The position numbers and the translations under genes are program-made. This document shows, piece by piece, positions 58,406 to 64,000 of a stretch of 64,000 nt of DNA. The notes below the pieces were generated by a model that did not search any database, had not been told where the DNA came from, and worked only from the letters and a program-made list of their open reading frames with translations. The stretch is from positions 25,316 through 89,315 of the forward strand of contig JACRGR010000017.1 of assembly GCA_016212275.1 (NCBI GenBank), read 5' to 3'. Every line of letters starts with the position of its first letter. Positions within the stretch are counted from its first letter, which is position 1. This DNA is from Nitrospinota bacterium (GTDB lineage: Bacteria > Nitrospinota_A > UBA7883 > JACRGQ01).

Positions 58406-58984
58406 ATGCCGATGGAAGAACAGGTACACCTCTGGGAAAAAGACCGGCTCAAGTTCATGGTCAAGGCGCTCTGGGGGTTGGTGGTGGTACTGATCATCGC
58501 CCTCGTCTGGAACAGCTACAGCGTGAGACGGGACATCGACCGGGCGCTTAAAGAGTCCAAAACCATCATTATGACGGCCGACATGCTCATCTCCTACGAA
58601 GCGGCCGACAACAACCTGAGCGACGACTACATCAGGAAAATGGTGACCTACATACTTGCCAAGGAACTCAACTTCGACCCCTTAACGGCGCGGGGCGGCT
58701 TCGAGGAACTTCTCAAGCTGTATTCGGACGCGGAGAAGGATAACGCGATTAAAAAATACTACGAGATGGCCAAGCTGTACGAGGAAAAGGAAGTCGTAAG
58801 TTTCTTCAACCCGGTCTCCTACAAGGTCGACTCGCGCCAGGCCGGGCTGGTGGTGCAAGGACGCCGGCGGCTCTCCATCAAAGGAAAACCCCAACCTGAC
58901 GGCGAGGAATCCTGGCTGATCCGTTTCAAGATCGAAAACGCCCGGTTCCAGCTACTTTCGGTCATCCAGGTGGAAGGGAAATAA
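58406..58984 (+). CDS. traE: F-type T4SS TraE (VirB8-like)
   Basis: It is 192 aa with an N-terminal TM. Its size and synteny match TraE. Confidence 0.55.
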   Translation: MPMEEQVHLWEKDRLKFMVKALWGLVVVLIIALVWNSYSVRRDIDRALKESKTIIMTADMLISYEAADNNLSDDYIRKMVTYILAKELNFDPLTARGGFEELLKLYSDAEKDNAIKKYYEMAKLYEEKEVVSFFNPVSYKVDSRQAGLVVQGRRRLSIKGKPQPDGEESWLIRFKIENARFQLLSVIQVEGK

Positions 58985-58987
58985 CTT

Positions 58988-59935
58988 ATGCGTAACACTT
59001 TATTGCTCTGCTTATTGGCGGGCCTAACGCTCTCCACCACCCCTATGCTTGCGTCCGGTGAAGATAATGCCGCTCCCGGCGGTAATGAGACCACCAGGCC
59101 GCCACAAAACAATGCGGGCGTCCAATCGGGCGTTAAACGACCCGAGTTGCCTCCATCCCTCATCGAGGAAAATCCCTACGAGACCTACATCCAGAAAATG
59201 TTGGAGAAAGGGGAATACTCCCTCCCCTCTCCCGATCACGGCAGGATCACCGTCCTTCCGGAAGTGACCACGGTGGTGCCGCTTTCCGCGGTGGACCAGA
59301 ACCGGATCGTCTGCCCGGATTTAATCAGGGATGCCCGCGGGTCGATTGAAAAAGGACTTCTGGAACCGCAGATCGCCGGCAAGGAGGTATTCATCAAGTT
59401 CGCCTGGGTGGACACGGGCCGCGGCCCGCAGTACGCCAGACAACCGAACGAACTGTTCATCATGTGCGGCGATGAGCGTTACCAACTGCTGGTGCGTCCG
59501 CGGAAGATCCCCACGCAAACGATATACCTCTCGTCGGGGCTGAAGAAACGGATCGAACAGAACGAAGGGGTGTTCAAATCGAATTCCATAGAGGAATCCG
59601 CGATAAAAATGATCGCCCTTGTCCACAACGACGACCTGCCGGAGTCCTTCTCCATACGGGAGGTCAACCGGACACTCAACAAGTTCAAGGAGCTCAAGAC
59701 CAGGCTCAAGCGCAAGGTGATCGCCGAGGGGACGGGGATGGAACTGTACGAGTACGAGGTACTGCTGGCCGAAGGGATCAAGGAGGTGCGTCTGGATGAA
59801 GACATCGCCAAAAAGCTCGCGGGAGAGGAAGGTCTGCTCGCCTCGTCCGCGGCGCGCCACCAACTGACAAGGGAATGCCCGGAGTGCTCCGGGACGCGGA
59901 TATTCATCGTGAAATCGGTTTTCAGGGGCAATTGA
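58988..59935 (+). CDS. traK: F-type T4SS TraK (VirB9-like)
   Basis: It has a signal peptide and its size and position between traE and traB fit TraK. Confidence 0.5.
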   Translation: MRNTLLLCLLAGLTLSTTPMLASGEDNAAPGGNETTRPPQNNAGVQSGVKRPELPPSLIEENPYETYIQKMLEKGEYSLPSPDHGRITVLPEVTTVVPLSAVDQNRIVCPDLIRDARGSIEKGLLEPQIAGKEVFIKFAWVDTGRGPQYARQPNELFIMCGDERYQLLVRPRKIPTQTIYLSSGLKKRIEQNEGVFKSNSIEESAIKMIALVHNDDLPESFSIREVNRTLNKFKELKTRLKRKVIAEGTGMELYEYEVLLAEGIKEVRLDEDIAKKLAGEEGLLASSAARHQLTRECPECSGTRIFIVKSVFRGN

Positions 59936-59936
59936 G

Positions 59937-61223
59937 ATGGCCGACGAAGAAATCCCTCAAACGCCGGATCAGTATCCCCCCGCGAAGACAACGCTATGGA
60001 GCGGTCTTAGCGCCCAAACCAAAAGCTACATTTGGAAAGGGATCGGCATTGCCGGCGTAATCGTCTTTTCCACCGAAATCTACCTGATGATGGACGACTC
60101 ACAAGAGCAACCACCGCCAAAACCGGCGGTGGGGGTGGAGAAGTTCGAGTCAAACATGTCCTCCGGCTCGGTGAAGATCCTTAAACAAAGCGAAGCTATT
60201 GATAAGGACCTCACCATCGACCGTTTGACCAAACAGATCGAGGAATTTAAAAACCCCAAAGAGGCCAAAGAGCCCGGAAGTGGTGCCGAGATAAATAAAA
60301 ACGGGAATACTCCAGCCGGCGGTGCGGCCCCGGCGGATCTAAACAACCTGCCACTCCCTCCCCCGCCGGGCAAACTGGCCGAAACGGCAAATGTTTCCGG
60401 GATGCCATATCCTCCTCCGCAGGGCGGAGCCGCCACGCAGAACTTCAACCTTCCTCCAATACCGCAAAAGAAAGAGGAAAGGGCCGTACGGGGAGGCTTT
60501 CTTGTCGTCACGGCAAAGGTGGAGGAACCGAAAAAGGAACAGGACTCAAAAAAAAAGCCGATCGCCTATATACCTTCCGCATCCTGGACTGAAGCGGTCG
60601 TCCTCATCGGCGGATTCGCGCCGGTCGTAAAACAGGCGGACGTTTCCGCCGCGCCGTTCCTTTTGCGGATACAGACCCCCGCCCAGCTCCCCAACGAAGC
60701 AAAGGCGGATATCTCGGGCTGTTTCGTGCTTGCCGCCGGCGTGGGATCGCTCCAGGACAAGCGGGCCCACCTCAACGCCTACAAGCTGTCCTGCGTCAAC
60801 CGCCGGAAGCAGGCGGTCATCGACCAGACGATCGACGCCTACGTTGCCGAGACCGACCCGAGCATTGACGGCATCCGCGGCCCCGTGGTGGCGGAACTAA
60901 AGGAGCCGATGATCACATCCATCATTCTCGGCTCCATTTCCGGGATAGGGGATGTCATGAAAGCAACCTCCTCCACGCAGATCATCAGCCCGCTGGGGCA
61001 GACCCAGGCATTGGACACAAACAAACTGGGTCAGGCCGCGGTGGGCGGGGCGCTGACGAAAGGGTTCGATAAGTTGCAGGAATTCTACCTGCGCTTCATT
61101 GAACTTTCGATGCCCACCATCGGGGTAAGCGCGGGGATCCGGGTCAACGTCGTTTTCAAAAACGGCGTGGAACTTCAGTTAAAGGAGATCTGTTTGGAGG
61201 GTGAGGAATGTTCAGGCGAATGA
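59937..61223 (+). CDS. traB: F-type T4SS TraB (VirB10-like)
   Basis: An N-terminal TM is followed by a Pro-rich region and a C-terminal VirB10-like domain. Confidence 0.6.
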   Translation: MADEEIPQTPDQYPPAKTTLWSGLSAQTKSYIWKGIGIAGVIVFSTEIYLMMDDSQEQPPPKPAVGVEKFESNMSSGSVKILKQSEAIDKDLTIDRLTKQIEEFKNPKEAKEPGSGAEINKNGNTPAGGAAPADLNNLPLPPPPGKLAETANVSGMPYPPPQGGAATQNFNLPPIPQKKEERAVRGGFLVVTAKVEEPKKEQDSKKKPIAYIPSASWTEAVVLIGGFAPVVKQADVSAAPFLLRIQTPAQLPNEAKADISGCFVLAAGVGSLQDKRAHLNAYKLSCVNRRKQAVIDQTIDAYVAETDPSIDGIRGPVVAELKEPMITSIILGSISGIGDVMKATSSTQIISPLGQTQALDTNKLGQAAVGGALTKGFDKLQEFYLRFIELSMPTIGVSAGIRVNVVFKNGVELQLKEICLEGEECSGE

Positions 61224-61678
61224 TCGCGGTAATCGCATTGTTGCCGATGGTGGGTTGCGTGCTACCCGGGCAATGGATCGAACAAAAAGACCTTCCGTGC
61301 TCAGGTCCCCAAGGGTGGAAATGCCAGTCAATCAACCAGACCTATAAAGATGCCCTATCGGAGGGAAAGGACGGAAAGAGCGAGGCAACCGGAACCGATC
61401 ACCAAGATGCAGGTAATATCGGACGGAATGAATGGCGCCACCTCTACAAGCCTCCCGCGCCGGAATGGAGCATTGCCTCGCCGCGGGACGATGACGCTTT
61501 GAATGAAGGAAAACCGCTTCGAGATCCAGGCGAAGTGCTCCGGATAAAGATCTACGACTATGTTGATAAAAAAGGGGTGCTTTTCCGCGGGCGCTACGCC
61601 TATATCGAAGTCAAAAAGCCGCGCTGGAACCTTGGAGCCGGAATCGGCGGCAAGGATGGAAAAGGCTCCGTGAAATAG
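61208..61678 (+). CDS. traV: F-type T4SS lipoprotein TraV (VirB7-like)
   Basis: It has the lipobox 'LLPMVGC' and a TraV-like size. Confidence 0.5.
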   Translation: MFRRMIAVIALLPMVGCVLPGQWIEQKDLPCSGPQGWKCQSINQTYKDALSEGKDGKSEATGTDHQDAGNIGRNEWRHLYKPPAPEWSIASPRDDDALNEGKPLRDPGEVLRIKIYDYVDKKGVLFRGRYAYIEVKKPRWNLGAGIGGKDGKGSVK

Positions 61679-61679
61679 C

Positions 61680-64000
61680 ATGAAGGCGCTTAAGGGAACC
61701 GCCGCGCGCATCATCGAAAGACTCACCGGCGCGCCCACCCGGACCGGCCTTTTGGATATGGCTCGGCGCGACCGTTTTAGCGAATACCTCCCCTACCGGG
61801 TGTACCGGCCTGAGACGATGGCCTTCCACAACCTCGACAATACGTTGGGCTTCATTTGGAAATGCCATCCGGCATACTTTATGGACGATAAAGGGTCGGA
61901 CAGCCTCGCGCGCCTTTTGTCGATGGATTTCCCGGAAAACACCGTCATGCAGTTCATCCTGCATGCCAACCCGTTCATCCGGCCGATTCTGGACGAATAC
62001 AAGGGCCTTTGCGCCGTCCACGACAACCCGGTGTTGCGCAGGACCATGGATGAATACTGCCGCTTTCTGGAGGATTCGACCGGCGGCATGAAACGGATGT
62101 CAAAGATCCCGGTGCGCGACTTCCAACTATATGTGACCCTCAAATTCCCCATTCCTTCAAAGTCCAAGAACGCCAGGGTGACGCAAGTGATGCTTGACCA
62201 GCGCAACGGCGCGGAAGACATCCTGCGCAGTTGCGGACTGGCGCCGCGCTACCTTGACGCCGAAGGCCTTATCAATTGGCAGGGACGTATTCTCAATAAG
62301 GAAATATGCCTGCCCCGGCTTACCTATGATCCCCACGAGGAGATACACCGCCAGATCATCAAAGGGGGCTCGGTCATCCGGAAACACTGGAACCGGCTGG
62401 AGATCGCCCAAAACACATGGAAATGCCTTTCTCCCAAAAAACTGCCCAAGGAGGTTGATATCCTCCAAAGCAAACAGGTGATCGGCGGCATATGGGGGCC
62501 CAGTAGCGACATCGCCCAGATAACACAGCCGTTCGTGTATACCGTCAACTTCGTGTTCAAGAGCCTCAAGATGGAGATAGAGGCGAAGAACTGGCTCGTC
62601 TCGCGCAAGGAGTTCTACAAGGGGAAAGAGCAGACCCAAGCAAGGGAAAAGGCGGAGCATGCCACCGCGTCCGACAAGCTCGAACAGGGAGAGAAGTTCC
62701 TGCTCGTCATGCCATTGCTGTGGATATACGGGGAAGACCCGCATATGGTCGATTCCGCGGTGAGCAACGCCGCCAACGTCATATTCGCAGGCCAGGGGTA
62801 CGAAATGCAGAAAGACTGGGGCTTGCTCGATTCGCTGTTCCTGGCCGCCATGCCGTTCGGCCTGTACACGGACGAAGGCAATCTGGAGGTGATCGACCGC
62901 CATCACACCGTCACGGCCGAGGCGGCCGCGCGGCTCAGCCCGGTGCAAGGCGGGTACGCGGGGGGCGGCAATGCGGTGAACCTGCTTGTGGACCGGACCG
63001 GACAGATCATCCGGCTCGACTATTGGGACAAGGCCGCGGCCTCCAACCACAACGGCCTGATCTGCGCGTCCGCCGGCAAGGGGAAGTCGTACCTTCTGAA
63101 CTACATCGTAATGCGCTTGTTGGAGACCGGCGTGATAGTACGCGGGATCGACATCGGCAGGTCGGGCGAAAAACTCGCGAAGATTCTCAAGGCCCGCGTG
63201 ATGCGCTTTCACGATAAATCGGATATATGCATCCCCCCGTTCTCGCTCGTCAAGCGTCACGATGAAGGGAACCCGGATGATGAAGACTACCTTCCCTCGG
63301 ACATGGGGGCCACTTCACAGATATTCATGAACATGGTATATTCCTCCTCCCCCGCCGACGCATGGCGGAAAGAAGAGTCGCAGATCATGAAAGAAGCGGT
63401 CACCTGGGCCTACGACAAGGCGGGCGAGGAGGCGACCGTTGATATGGTGCAGGAGTTCCTCTACGGATTCCCGAGGTTTTCCCCTGAATTAAAAGACCGC
63501 GGGTCTTCTTCGGTGGTCAAGGGGATGGCGGAAATGGCCACCATCCTGGCCTACAGCCTGCGGGATTTTTCATCGAAGGGGGTGTTTGGACGGTGGGTGA
63601 ACGGCAAATCGAACGTCGACCTGATGAACGACCAGTACATCTACATGGAACTCGAGGAGCTGTTCGCCGCCGAGGAGCTGTTCCGGGTCATCTATCCGAT
63701 GACCATGGACTATGTTTCGAAGACCTTCTACCTCGGCGACCGGTCCGTGCGGAAGTTCATGTACCAGGACGAAGCCCACCTTGCCCTGAAAAAGGCGGGC
63801 AGGATAGCCGACCTGTTCGAGCAGGCGTACCGGCGTTTCCGCAAGCATAACGCCGGACAGAACATCATCACGCAATCGGTCCTGGACCTTATCAGTTTCG
63901 CGGGTGATGTCGGCAGGGTCATCTGGAACAACTCCGACAAGAAAATGTTGCTTCAATCGGAAGACTTCGATTCCGCCCGCAATGGCGCGAACCCCATCAT
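61680..64000 (+). CDS. traC: F-type T4SS ATPase TraC (VirB4 family); the 3' end lies beyond the window
   Basis: The open frame runs to the window end. It carries Walker A 'SAGKGKSYLL' and the TraC-F-type N-terminal region. Confidence 0.8.
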   Translation, partial: MKALKGTAARIIERLTGAPTRTGLLDMARRDRFSEYLPYRVYRPETMAFHNLDNTLGFIWKCHPAYFMDDKGSDSLARLLSMDFPENTVMQFILHANPFIRPILDEYKGLCAVHDNPVLRRTMDEYCRFLEDSTGGMKRMSKIPVRDFQLYVTLKFPIPSKSKNARVTQVMLDQRNGAEDILRSCGLAPRYLDAEGLINWQGRILNKEICLPRLTYDPHEEIHRQIIKGGSVIRKHWNRLEIAQNTWKCLSPKKLPKEVDILQSKQVIGGIWGPSSDIAQITQPFVYTVNFVFKSLKMEIEAKNWLVSRKEFYKGKEQTQAREKAEHATASDKLEQGEKFLLVMPLLWIYGEDPHMVDSAVSNAANVIFAGQGYEMQKDWGLLDSLFLAAMPFGLYTDEGNLEVIDRHHTVTAEAAARLSPVQGGYAGGGNAVNLLVDRTGQIIRLDYWDKAAASNHNGLICASAGKGKSYLLNYIVMRLLETGVIVRGIDIGRSGEKLAKILKARVMRFHDKSDICIPPFSLVKRHDEGNPDDEDYLPSDMGATSQIFMNMVYSSSPADAWRKEESQIMKEAVTWAYDKAGEEATVDMVQEFLYGFPRFSPELKDRGSSSVVKGMAEMATILAYSLRDFSSKGVFGRWVNGKSNVDLMNDQYIYMELEELFAAEELFRVIYPMTMDYVSKTFYLGDRSVRKFMYQDEAHLALKKAGRIADLFEQAYRRFRKHNAGQNIITQSVLDLISFAGDVGRVIWNNSDKKMLLQSEDFDSARNGANPI

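Larger units (their letters stand above)
41947..64000. mobile_element. Integrative conjugative element (ICE), left end plus >22 kb, continuing beyond the window
   Basis: It runs from the tRNA-fragment att through integrase, excisionase-like, rep/iteron, partition and F-type T4SS genes. The right end is not in the window. Confidence 0.6.

Noticed and set aside
62157-63260. A 367-aa minus-strand ORF within traC
   Set aside because: It is antisense to the TraC/VirB4 ORF, which carries a Walker A motif and extensive family similarity.

Overview
The window is a high-GC bacterial chromosome segment, probably from an anaerobe or microaerophile. It carries the end of a cobalamin operon, a signalling module, gltBD, tgt, mlaEFD, a heavy-metal P-type ATPase, uvrC, a PerR–rubrerythrin–cytochrome-c-peroxidase cluster, and a housekeeping block from nagZ to kdsA. 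Two mobile elements interrupt it. (1) A ~7.4 kb filamentous-phage (inovirus)-like prophage at 6491–13849 is visibly AT-richer than its flanks. It is bounded by a 22-bp direct repeat whose core looks like a XerCD/dif site. It encodes a Rep, a possible ssDNA-binding protein, a major coat protein, a Gly/Ser/Thr-repeat pIII-like adsorption protein, pVI- and Zot/pI-like proteins, and an unexpected type-IV-prepilin-like gene. It has no integrase and no secretin. (2) An integrative conjugative element starts at a tRNA 3' fragment beside tRNA-Glu and tRNA-Gly (about 41.95 kb) and runs past the window end. It carries a tyrosine integrase, a four-gene cargo operon (nuclease-like ORF, Ada-type Zn-domain protein, ParB-like protein, Dam methyltransferase), and regulators. 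It also carries a Rep protein with an HNH domain and an internal iteron array, an ECF-like sigma factor, a PAPS-reductase-like protein, a ScpB homolog, ParM/ParR-like partition genes flanked by 21-bp exact repeats, and an F-type T4SS in canonical order (pilin-traL-E-K-B-V-C). A small Cys-rich gene occurs in near-identical copies in both elements, in inverted orientation.
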